A stretch of DNA of 64,000 nucleotides, from assembly GCF_009914755.1 (NCBI RefSeq), contig NC_060935.1, one strand, 5' to 3'. Under the pieces are notes generated by a model that was not told the DNA's origin, made no database searches, and saw nothing but the letters and a program-made list of their open reading frames with translations. Every line of letters starts with the position of its first letter. The stretch's first letter is position 1. A program made the position numbers and the translations under genes. The stretch comes from the human T2T-CHM13v2.0 reference genome, Homo sapiens. Positions 16,191-27,780 of the stretch are shown here, in pieces.

Positions 16191-17239
16191 GTTTTGTTTC
16201 TTTTTCCTTCACCTCACTCTCCACCAGCAACTGGAGGTAGGAAGGGCTGGATGTATACTCTAGGTGTTTTTCCTGGGCCCTGCAAGTAGGCACTCCTCCA
16301 CTAGATATTTTTAAAGGGCCATTATCTCCTGCTCTGTTCCTCGTATACACTCTGAAAAACCAATGCTGCCCCTGGGAACCCAGGAACAAAGCAGCCTGAT
16401 CCCTGACTCTATGCCAAAGTCCATTTCCCTAAAATAAAAGGCAGCACTTAGAAAGACAAGTTCACGGGACTGCTCATCTGTGCTATCACCAAGATCTCAG
16501 TCACCCACCCTGGAGCCAAGAGAGCCAAGAAAGACCATGAACATGAAGACACGATGTTCTCGTTCCTCCTCCTCAGAGCAGAACAAAGAGCATCTATTCA
16601 GAGTGGAGGTCTTTCTAGGCATGGGGGCACATCAATTTGGGTGCTGTGGCCAATGACAGTGGCATCACAGGTAGTGGTATCATGTGCCAAGCAGAGTGCT
16701 AGGAACTTCAGAATAACAGAACCTGCTACCCATTTTCATGACGTATGTCGTGGAACCACAGAATGTTAAAGTTCTAAAGGGCCCTTAAAATGATTAAAAT
16801 CTGATATTACAGATAAACGATTTGCTGAAGACATAATGAGTTATCTAGTGATCAGGCACAGGTCTCCAGACTCTCAGGAAAATGCTATTTCCATTATGCC
16901 ACACTACCTCTATTAATAGTTTCTAACACCTTCTTCTCTCCTACCCCATGATAAATGAAGAAAGAAATTATTTTCAAGAGAAAATGTGATGGATGAGGTA
17001 CTGTGGGAGGCTGAGAAGTAGGTCAGAGGACTCCAACATTTGGGTAGAGTTGCAAAATTCTACAATCTTAACTGGAAATAATCAGTACAATGGAGATTCA
17101 AAACACAATTGGCCTTTCAGAAGGCATCTGCCAAGGAGAACCTTGAAGGAAGAAGAAAAAAACTCCACCACAGTTTAACCTAGAATGTCTGCTTCTTTTG
17201 CTCTGATTCTAGTGCTGCTCCCTCTCTCTATTTTCTTAT

Positions 17240-17376
17240 GTTTTATATTTATTTTTATAGATTCAGGGAGTGCATACATAGGCTTATTATGTGGACAGAT
17301 AGTCAAATGGTAAAGTTTGGGCATCTAGTGCACCCATCACCTGAAGAGTGAACATTATACCCAGCAGGTAATTTTT
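17240..17376 (-). mobile_element. Old L1PA/PB 3'-end fragment
   Basis: ttttatagattcagggagtgcat...tagtgcacccatcacc. Confidence 0.65.
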
Positions 17377-18334
17377 AAATAGAGGATAAAGCAGAGGAAA
17401 CAAGTGACAAATGAAATACCCTAATAACTTGGTAAGCCCAGGCTGCAAAGGCTCAGAAGTTTGTCTTCTTGATAAGCCTGGGAATGTTCTCAAAAATGCT
17501 ATCCAGTGTTCAACACCCTCTTCTAAAATATGGCAGAGTAGAAAACTAGATCCAAAGGCCTCACAACCTTACTCTCCATTCTGGAATCTATTATTTCAAA
17601 GGAACCAGCTCCCTCATGTGTAAGTGTCTAAGACTTCTTGCTCTCTTCTTAGGCAAAGGTGGGCTCCGTATTCTGTTTGTTCATAGAGAAGAAACATTGT
17701 AAATTTTGTGACACTTAACATAAGATCATATTTTACCCAATCTTCATCTGATGTCTAAAAAATGTCAGACTCAATATATTTCAATGATCATATCATTCCT
17801 ACAACTAAAGAACATGTTGTTAAATCAGTTTAATATGGAATACTTCTAGTATCTCTAACCAAGCACCATCAGCCATTGGGCTGGTGGTTTAGGAGACTTA
17901 GAATGCCAGGAGTGGTCATGGTTTTCTAGTACTTTACCCATAGTGAATCTTAACTGAGTTAGCTTTCATAAAGATAGACATCTAAATCATGAACAAAAAA
18001 CTAGCCAGATTCAAAATATAAATTTGCTAAAGATCAAGTCATGGAATAATTCTAGAGAGGATTTAATGGCTCTACAAAGTAAACAGTCGCTGGCCTTGAA
18101 GGACAGATTTCTTGTAAGTAGAAGAGTTCTCGACTGAGAATCAAACGTTCTAGTGGAAGGTCAAGCTTGGTCACAGACTATATATCTTTTCCTCTCTCAC
18201 TCTCTGGTTTCTTACCCATAATGTGAGGAGCCAGGTGAGCTTGTCTGCCTTATTCATTGCTTGGTCTTACTCATGTAACTGTGTTGTATATACAATTTCT
18301 CAACAAATATTTGTTGAATGTATGAATAAATCTC

Positions 18335-18545
18335 AGAGAGGCATTGAATCACGGTGGTGAAACGTGGACTCTAGAATTAGGAAGTCATACTTTGAGTAAC
18401 AGCACTATCTCACTGGATATGTGACCTGGGGTAAGCTTCTGGAACCTCAACAAGCCTCAGTTTCCTCCTCTTGAAATTGGGATAAGAATAATAATATCAA
18501 AAGTATATGTTTTTAAAAAGGTTAGCTCCATGCAAACCTCAACAT
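18335..18545 (+). mobile_element. MIR in the PATE3 proximal upstream region
   Basis: Core tgtgacctggggtaag...gcctcagtttcctcctct..aaat.gggata. Confidence 0.7.
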
Positions 18546-18747
18546 TTATTAATTTTCTTTTTTCTCTGCCTTGAGGAGGACAGCCAATGAACTTGAGCTC
18601 CAAGAGGAAACCTTGTGTGACAGGCTCTCCCTAGGCATGAATAATCACTAGCCTCTGACGAAGAAGAAAGTTTTCTCTCTGGAGCCTAAAGACCTGTGCT
18701 TGCAGCCCCTAGCTTCTTTTTCCTGCACAAGGGATTTCCGGGTCAGG

Positions 18748-18796
18748 ATGAACAAACACTTCTTGTTCCTCTTCCTCCTTTACTGCCTCATTGTGG
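18748..18796 (+). CDS. PATE3: PATE3 coding exon 1 (signal peptide MNKHFLFLFLLYCLIV-A)
   Basis: ATG at 18748, hydrophobic leader, phase-1 donor G|GTGAGT. Joined CDS is 297 nt = 98 aa + TAA. Confidence 0.95.
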
Positions 18797-19229
18797 GTGA
18801 GTCCTGGACCTGAGGGGTATACTTGAGAGACAGGATCTAGGGAGCTCCAGGGAAACTACATGTGTAGCATGCATCCATGCAGGGCTGAGCTTTGGCCACT
18901 TTTATGAGCCAGGGGAAGCCAGCCTCCAGAATGCTCCTCTGCCTTCCCTGACAACTCTTCCATCCTTTTCAGCCTCCTGCCATTCTCCTCCAGGTGGGCA
19001 GGCCTCTGTCCTGCCCTTTTAACTCATTTTCTCCCTCTGTCCCTACCATTCCCCATAATCCCAAGCCCTGGCAAGATTTTCCTTAGGACATCCTTTTTAT
19101 TTGTAAACCTATATCCCATTTGTTGATGGAGCTGGTCAGTCTATAATGAATAATTTTCAGTTTATTTTAGGAGTGAACAATGGCTTTTGATACCCTTTTC
19201 AGAGACTTTATATTACAACAAGTAATTCT

Positions 19230-19430
19230 ATGAGAGGAAGTACTGAATGCTCTGGAATCAGACAGATTTTTTTCATGGTTTGTAGTCACGGTCTCAAAAT
19301 CTCTGTACCTTTGGTTGCTCATTCAAGAAATGGGGACAATGGTGCCTGCTTACAAGGCTTTTGCGAGGATTAAATCGGATGCAACTTGAGAGAACATGGC
19401 CCAAATGGGATGCTCAATCATTGCTACTTT
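19230..19430 (+). mobile_element. MIR in PATE3 intron 1
   Basis: ctctggaatcagacaga...aaatggggacaat...gaggattaaat. Confidence 0.6.
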
Positions 19431-19981
19431 CCTTTCTCATTCAGGTGCACTAGGGAAATTTTTTTAAATTAAACCTGTATTTTGAATAGCTCACCCCGCA
19501 GAACCTCATAAAAGTGTCACTTATGGTACTATTATTGATGATGCCTTTATGTAGATTCAGATTGAAGCTCAAAAGAACAGAATATATCACCTAACAATAG
19601 TAACAATAGCTTTGGTGAAATGTTTTAAAGCCCTCACCCTCCTTATCACACCCATATCTCTAGTAGGCCAGGCTAGCATTCATAGCACCATTTTTAAGCT
19701 AGAGAAGTCAATGACATGGAGGCTAACTTTTTGCTTAAAGTTATCCAGGTTAAAAGGGCTGAAGGTGGGGTCAGAATCCTTTGGTGACATTTTCTTTTTA
19801 TTACTCTGAAATGAGGAGTTGATAAGAGCTCCAACTGTTTACCGCCTAAATACCCCAACCAGTAGCTCTTCATCTGCCTGCCCCCTCCACTATTCATTCC
19901 CCACCTCCATCTGAATATTTCTAACTCCATCCCAAGTCCCTGCTTTTGCCTAGTCTCACACCATCTCTATGCTCTCTCCAG

Positions 19982-20104
19982 CAGTGACATCACTTCAGTG
20001 CATAACATGCCACCTTCGCACACGGACAGACCGCTGTAGAAGAGGCTTTGGTGTCTGTACTGCTCAGAAGGGCGAGGCATGCATGCTCTTAAGGATTTAC
20101 CAGC
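19982..20104 (+). CDS. PATE3: PATE3 coding exon 2 (AVTSLQCITCHLRTRTDRCRRGFGVCTAQKGEACMLLRIYQ-R)
   Basis: Acceptor ctctctccag|, donor C|GTAAGT; CxxC plus 3 Cys; within ORF 19969..20223. Confidence 0.95.
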
Positions 20105-20326
20105 GTAAGTTAGAGGGTCAGGGAAGGTGTTGTAAGATTCTTAGAATTCTTAGGATAGTGCTTCAGCAATTTCACATCTCAAGAGAAGAACCAATGCAGA
20201 ATGCCCCTGAGCACAGGTGGTAGCACAGGTCCCTGTGCATACAGACAGAAGATAATTTGGGTCAATGAGACAGGAGGGAGAACTTGGGGATTCTATATTT
20301 CCAAGAAAACTGACCAAACAGATTTT

Positions 20327-20772
20327 TTTTTGATAATCGACACATAACAATTGTTCATATTTATGAGTATATGTGATTTTTCATACAAGCCTTCAATGTG
20401 TAATGATCAAATCAGGGTAACTGGATATTCATCACCTCAAACATTTATCATTTCTTTGTATTGAGAACATTCTATATGTTCTCTTCTAGCTATTTTGAAA
20501 TATACAATAAAGAAAATATGGTATATACACACAATAGAATATTATTCAACCATAAAAATAAATGAAATTCTGTCCTTTGCAGAAACAGAGGTGAGCCTGG
20601 AGGTCATTATATTAAATGAAATAAGCCAGGCCCAGAAAGACAAATATCCCATGTTCTTAATCATGTATAGGAGCTAAAGAATAAGTTAATGTCATGGAGG
20701 TAGAGACTAGAGTGGTGGTTACCAAAGGCTGAGAAGAGTGGTGGAAGGAGAGGATGAAGACAGTCTGGTTAA
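20327..20772 (-). mobile_element. L1MA 3' fragment with 5' inversion in PATE3 intron 2
   Basis: Antisense 3' end about 20327-20508, then sense segment about 20505-20772; 16-bp TSD tgac(c/t)aaacagatttt at 20311-20326 and 20773-20788. Confidence 0.8.
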
Positions 20773-21073
20773 TGACTAAACAGATTTTGACTTTGAAGAC
20801 ACTAAATCACTAGTTGCTAATCTTCTAGCAAGAGAGAAAAATGAAGCAGCTACATAGAGTTGAGGATTTTCAGGGACCTCAGGCAAACAAGCCCTGCAGC
20901 TGATCAGTGGCCTCTGTATCTCCCTGCCTGGGTGCTTTTAGGGAGTATAAGCTGGGAAGCCATTCCTCAACCTACCCTAATTAAATTTTCACCAACAGAA
21001 CTAGTGCTGGGTTTGACTCACCTTGGAGAGCTTAAATCAAATGCTTATTTTCTGTGGTTCTTTCCTATTTTAG

Positions 21074-21198
21074 GCAATACTCTCCAGATATCATACATGG
21101 TGTGTCAGAAATTCTGCAGAGACATGACATTTGATCTCAGGAATCGGACTTATGTTCATACATGCTGCAACTACAATTACTGTAACTTTAAACTCTAA
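21074..21198 (+). CDS. PATE3: PATE3 coding exon 3 (NTLQISYMVCQKFCRDMTFDLRNRTYVHTCCNYNYCNFKL*)
   Basis: Acceptor tttcctattttag|; CCxxxxCN motif; NRT sequon; TAA at 21196-21198. Confidence 0.95.
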
Positions 21199-21741
21199 GA
21201 TATTTGCCCTCCTGAGGTCTCGCTTTGGAATGTCCCCAATGTTGCTCATCCTTCACACTCTGCTGGCCCTTGCTTCCCTTCCGTGTCTGTCCTGACAATA
21301 CCCCTGCCCTCGCATTAACCTAAGAAGACTAAACTAGTGTGATCCTTTCTGGTGTCTTCAGCTTGGCTTCTCCCTCAGTCAGAGAATAGTGGTTCTGAAC
21401 AATGGATTTCTTCTATTATTGGGATTATTGGCATGGCCATATTCCAAGAAACCTGCCCCAAGAGTTCCTGTACAGTAAAATTTAAAGCAGGAACATTCTA
21501 GAATCTTAATTTGCTTAACTAGTTCAGGTACACTAGAAAGCCTTCAGCTAAAAATTCACAATATTTTTATCTAAAATTCCCATGTATCCGGAGAATGACT
21601 AAGCAGAAATAGCAATTAAATGGATGATGGATACTGAAGATTTTTCTCTACGGACACCAAGTTATTTCTACCAGCAGGCAGTGCCCACTTCAAACTCAAC
21701 CACTGTGATTTTCTTGGCATTTACAAACTACATCCTTACAC

Positions 21742-22395
21742 TGTTATTAGGAGATAGCAAACAAGGATCTTCCCGGCCTCTGTGACATTCACCGAGCTCT
21801 CACACAGCCACTGCTACTCCTATCGAGATGTACATTCAAGGTACATCAGAACTCTCATTTCTTCCCCTTCCTTTCCTAAACCTTCTCTCTTCCTTTCCCC
21901 CTTTGCCATTCACCTTTACTATCACCTCCCACCTCCATTATCACCTCCCCATTGCCACACAACCTCTCCCTGTAGAGAGGCAGGAGGTCCTTCGAAGCTT
22001 TGCCCCATGCGTCAGATGGCACCTGAGGCATATAACCTAGGGTGGGCTGCCTTTCAGGATCCGTCATCAAAGGGAGTCAAACATAGTCAAGATACCATCT
22101 ACCCTGTACAGCTTTCTTGAGACTTGGGGGCCTGGGTCAAAGAGATTTGTCTGTCCCTTGCTGCCCATCTTTAAGTAATAAACCGACTTCACATAACTTG
22201 TTGTGTGTTGGTGTGTTCTGTCTCATTGAACTCAGACAAATAGGTAACTAAAGCGTGATGGACCTAAATAGTAGCCCAAGATATAGTGGGACTCCTGTTT
22301 CTGGTGATGGGCAGAGTGCTGACTACTGTTATTCTCCAGGAAGTGGGAGTCCTTGCTTGGGATTGGCAATTAGCATTGCACTTCTATATTCATGA
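21742..22395 (+). mobile_element. ERVL-type solo LTR (family uncertain) overlapping the PATE3 3' end
   Basis: TG start, CATATAA at 22029, AATAAA at 22177, and U5-like tgtgttctgtctca..actcagacaa..ggtaac motif. Confidence 0.55.
22177..22182 (+). terminator. PATE3: Candidate PATE3 poly(A) signal AATAAA
   Basis: Canonical AATAAA followed about 16 nt later by the GU-rich element ttgttgtgtgttggtgtgttct; lies inside an LTR. Confidence 0.6.
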
Positions 22396-22524
22396 AATAA
22401 TTGTAACTGTTCTGGAACTTATTATAAATGAAATCACACAGAAACTATTCACTTAAACCTGGTTTCTTTTACCCACCATAATACTGTTTTAATTTTTAAA
22501 TTTTTAATTTTTGTAGGTACATAG

Positions 22525-22950
<426 letters not shown>

Positions 22951-25900
22951 AATTATATTCTTTCAGTTATTTTTAAATGCAAAATTAAGTTATTATTAAC
23001 TATAGTTGCCTGTTGTGCTATCAAATACTAAATATCATTCATTCTTTTTATTTTTTTGTACCCAATAACCATCACAACCTCCCCTCCAGTCCCCCACTAT
23101 CATTCCAAACCTCTAGTCACCATCCTTCTAATCTCTATGTTCATGATGAATTCAACTGTTTTGATTTTTAGATCCCACAAATAAGTGAGAACATGTGATG
23201 TTTGTCTTTCTGTGCCTGACTTATTTGACTTAACATAATGACCTCCAGTTCCATTCATTGTTGTCATTGTTGCAAATGAATGGATCTCACTTTTTTTATG
23301 GCTAAATAGTACTCGCTTGTGTATATGTACCGCATTTTCTCTATCCATTTATCTATTGGTGGAAAATTAGCTTGCTTCCAAATTTTGGCTATTGGGAAGA
23401 GTGCTGCAACAGAGTGCAGATATCTCTTCAATGTGCTGATTTTCTCTCTTTTAAGTATATACCCAGCAGTGGGACTGCTGGATCATACGGTGGCTCTATT
23501 TTTAGTTTCTTGAGAAACCTCCAAACTGTTCTCCATAGTGGTTGTACTAATTTACATTCCCATCAACAGTGTGTGAGGGTTCCCTTTTCTCCACACCCAT
23601 GCCAGCATTTGTGATTGTCTGTCTTTTGGATATAAGCCATTTTAACTGGGATAAGGTATCTCATTGTAGTTTTGGTTTGCATTTCTCTGATGATCAATGA
23701 TGTTCAGAACACTTTCATATGTCTGTTTTCCATTTGCATGTCTTCTTCTGAGAAATGTCTATTCAAATCTTTTGCCCATTTTTGACTGGATTATTAGATT
23801 TCTTCCTATAAAGTTGTTTGAGCTCTGTATATATCCTGGTCATTATTCTCTTGTCAGGTGGGTAATTTGCAAATATTTTCTCCCATTCTGTGGGTTGTCA
23901 CTTCACTTTGTTAACTGTTTCCTTTGCTATGCAGAAGTTTACATTGATGTTATCCCATTTGTCCATTTTTCCTTTGATTATCTGTGCTTATGTGGTATTG
24001 CTTAAGACATTTTTGCCCGGAACAATGTCCTGGAGAGTTTCCTAAAAGTTTTCTTACATTCTTTTAATGGTTAAAGTTTTTAATCCATTTTGATTTGATT
24101 TGTGTATATGGTGAGAGGTAGTGGTCAAGTTTCATTCTTTTGCATATGGATATCCAGTTTTCCCAGCGCCATTTGTTGAAGAGTCTGTCTTTTCCCCAGT
24201 GTATGTTCTTGGCACCTTTGTCAAAAATAAGTTTGCTGTATGTGTGTGGATTTGTTTCTGAATTCTCTATTCTGTTCTATGTGTTCTATGTATTCTGTTC
24301 TATTCTGTTATAGGTCTATGTGTCTGTTTTTATGCCAGTACCATGCTGTTTTGGTGAGTATAGCTCTGTACTATAATTTGAAGTCAGGTAATGTGATTCC
24401 TCCAGTTTTGTTCTTTTTGTTCAGAATACCTTTGGATATTCTGGGTCTTCTGTGATTCCATGTAAATTTTAGTATTGTTTTTCTATTTTGGTAAAGAATG
24501 TCATTGGTATTTTGATAAAAATTGCATTGAATCTGTAGAATGTTTTGGGTAGTATTGACATTTTAACACTATTGATTCTTATAATTCATGAACATGAAAT
24601 ATAATTTAATTTTTTAATATCTTCTTCAATTTCTTTCATCAGTGTTTTATAGTTTTTGTTGTAGAGATATTTCACTTCTTTGGTTAAGTTCATACCTAAG
24701 TATTTAATTTTTTTCTGTGGCTATTATAAATTGGATTTCTTTCTTGGTTCCTTTCTCAGAATGTTTGCTATTGGCATACATAAATGTTACTAATTTTTGA
24801 ATGTGGATTTTGTATTCTGCAACTTTATTGAGTGTGTTTATCAGTTCTATTTTTCAGTGGAGTCTTTAGGTTTTTCTTACTATAAGATCATATCATCTGC
24901 AAACAAGGACAATTTGAATTCTTCCTTTCCAATTTGGATGCCCTTTATTTTCTTCTCTTGTCTGACTGCGCTAGCTAGAAATTCCAGTACTGTGTTGAAT
25001 AACAGAGGTGAAAATGGGCATTCTAGATCTAAGAGGAAAGACCTTCTGTTTTATTTTTTATTTTTTATGATATTAGCTGTGGGTCTGTCATATATGGTTT
25101 TTATTATGTTATTTTCATTCTGTACACAGTTTTTTGAGGGCTTTGAACATGAAGGGATGTTGAACTTTATTAGATGCTTTTTAGCATCAGTTGAAAATAT
25201 CATATTTTTTTGTCCTTCATTCTGTGGATATGGTGTATCACACTGATTGATTTGCATATGTTGAACCATCCTTGCCTCTCTAGGATAAATCCCACTTGGT
25301 CATGATGAATGATCCTTTTAATGTATTGTTGACTTAGGTTTGCTGGTATTTTGTTTGGGATATTTGCACCAATATTCATCAGTGATATTTACCCGCAGTT
25401 TTCTTTTTTTGATGTGTCTTTGTCTGGTTCTGGTATCAGGTAATACTGGCTTCATAGAATAAGTTTGAAAGCATTCCCTTCTCCTATTTCTCAGAATAGT
25501 TTGAGTAGAATTGACATTAGTTATTCTTTAAATGTTTAGTAGATCTCAGCAGTACCACCATCAGGTCCTGGGCTTTTTTTAACTGAGTGACTCTTAATTA
25601 CTGTTTTGGTCTTGTTACTTTTTACTGGTCTCTTCAGGTTTTGAATTTCTTCATGTTTGAATCTTTGCAGGTTGTATGTGCTTAGGAATTCATTCATTTT
25701 CTTTAGATTTTCCAGTTTATTGGCATATAATTGCTCATAGTACCTACTAATGATCCTTGGAATTTCTCTGGTATCAGTTGTAATGTCTCCTTTTTCATCT
25801 CTAGTTTTAAGTATTTGGGTCTTCCCTCTTTTTTTCTTAGTCTGGATAAAGGTTTGTCAATTTTGTTTATCTTTTTTAAGAAACCAACTTTTGGTTTCAT

Positions 25901-26943
25901 TGATCTCTTGTATTGTTTTCTATCATTTCAAATTCATTTATTTCTGCTCTGATCATTATTTCTTTTCATCTACTAATTTTGAGTTTGGTTTGCTCTTGCT
26001 TTTCTAGTTCTTTAAGATGCATCATTAGGTCATTTATTTGAAGTTTTTTTCTTTTTTGATGCAGACACTTATAGCTGTAAGTTCACCTCTTAGTACTGCT
26101 TTCACTGTATTCCATAGGTTTTGGTATGTTATCTTTCTATTATCATTTGTTTCAAGACATTTCTCAATTTCTCAATTTTTTCATTGATCCACTGGTCATT
26201 TGGGAGTATATTGTTTAATTTCCATGTGTTTGTATAGTTTTCAAAATTCCTCCTGTTATTGATTTCTAGTTTTATTCCTTTTTGCTCAGCGACGATGTTT
26301 GGCATTATTTCAACTTTTTTGAATGTTTTAAGACTTGTTTTGTGACCTACAATAGGACATATCCTTGAGAATGATTCATGTGCTGAGGAGAAGAATGTGT
26401 ATTCTGCACCTGTTGGATGATATGTTTTGTAAATATCTACTAGGTACATTTGTTCTATAGTGCAGATAAAGTCTGATGTTTCTTTGTTGATTTTCTGTTT
26501 TGATGATCTGTCCAATGCTGAAAGAGGGATGTTGAAGTATTCAGCTATGATTTTATTGAGATATTTCTCTTTAGCTCTAATAACATTTGCTTTATATATT
26601 TCATGCTCCAGGACTCTGTCCTGGTCTGTAAAGTCATCACTAAAAAATCTGCATCCAGACATATTGGAGCTCCATTGTATGTGATTTCTTTCTTTTCTCT
26701 TGCTGCTTTTAAGATCCATGCTTTATCCTTGGCCTTTGGGAATTTGGGTTAAATCCACTTAGTGTTCTATCACCTTCTTGTACTTCAATATTAATATCTT
26801 TCTCTAGGTTTGGGAAGTTCTCTGATTTTATCCATTTGAATAAACTTTCTATCACTGTCTCTTTTTCTACCTCCTCTTTAAGGTCAATAACTCTTAGATT
26901 TGCCCTTTTGAGGTTCTCTTCTACATCTTATAGGCATGCTTCA

Positions 26944-27504
26944 TTTTTTTTTTTTTTTTTTTTTTTTGCATTCTCAGCCCATGCTGCTTTATTGCTAAAA
27001 AACATATATACACAGGGGCAGAGTTTCCACCTCTTTTAACAGCTCCTTTTTACATCAAATAATTCAGTTTCTTTTTCAAAACCCCCAAAGATGCATAGAT
27101 TAAAAAGCAAGCTGCCTTTTGTAATACTTCAAATAATATTCAATGAAATTCTTTTTAACATTATACGCCAATGGTGCAATGGAGAATATGGAGGATAGCA
27201 AATAAACACAGTCAGCAACTCTTATTCTTACAAGGCAGTAAGTAAAGTATAATGTGAAGGACAATCTAAGATAATCTTTCTGGTTATAATAGATGGGTGG
27301 TTTTAAGAAAAGTGCCAAGACTGTTACTGTTTAATGATTAATGATAATGTATTACCAGGGTATCTTTCTTACTCCTTAGAGAAAAATACTTTTTCACTGA
27401 TGGAATAACATATCATCACCAAGGGAGAAAAAAACCTGAAAACTGTCAATAACTAAGATACCTATTCTGACTTTAAAGAAGGTATAGGAGATCATGGAGA
27501 AATC
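26944..27504 (-). pseudogene. 5'-truncated processed retrocopy (3'UTR only) or orphan transduction of an unidentified transcript
   Basis: 24-nt poly(T) at 26944-26967, AATAAA on the minus strand 20 nt from the tail (26988-26993), non-repeat AT-rich body; L1 ORF1 sequence resumes in register on both sides. Confidence 0.75.
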
Positions 27505-27780
27505 CTTCTTTTTTATTCTTTTCTTCTTTTGTCCCCTCTGACTGTGAATTTTCAAATAGCTTGTCTTCAAGATTACTAATTCTTTCTTCTGTTTGATCAA
27601 TTCTGCTATTAAGAGACTCTGATGCATTCTTTAAAATGTCCATTGCATTTTTCAACTCTAGAACTTCTAATTGATTTTTAAATTATTTCTGTCTCTTTGT
27701 TAAAGATGTCTAATAGAATTTTGAATTTCTTCTCTCTGTTATCTTGAATTTCTTTGAGTTTCCTCAAAACCACTATTATT

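Noticed and set aside
16500-16580. Possible additional PATE exon 1 (minus strand ACG-RTSCLHVHGLSWLSWLQ-G|gtgggt, or plus strand ttctcgttcctcctcctc similar to PATE3 exon 1)
   Set aside because: No ATG in the suitable frame on the minus strand, the plus-strand match is low complexity and lacks a donor, and there is no flanking homology or Cys-rich downstream exon.
20462-20483. AGAACA...TGTTCT perfect half-sites in PATE3 intron 2
   Set aside because: The spacer is 7 nt rather than 3 and the sequence is L1MA-derived; not a canonical ARE.
20860-21073. Upstream extension of ORF 20860..21198 (112 aa)
   Set aside because: Non-ATG start, with intronic read-through ahead of the true exon 3 acceptor at 21073.
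24262-24315. Short (TATTCTGTTC)-like reiteration
   Set aside because: Local slippage within L1 with no sign of function.
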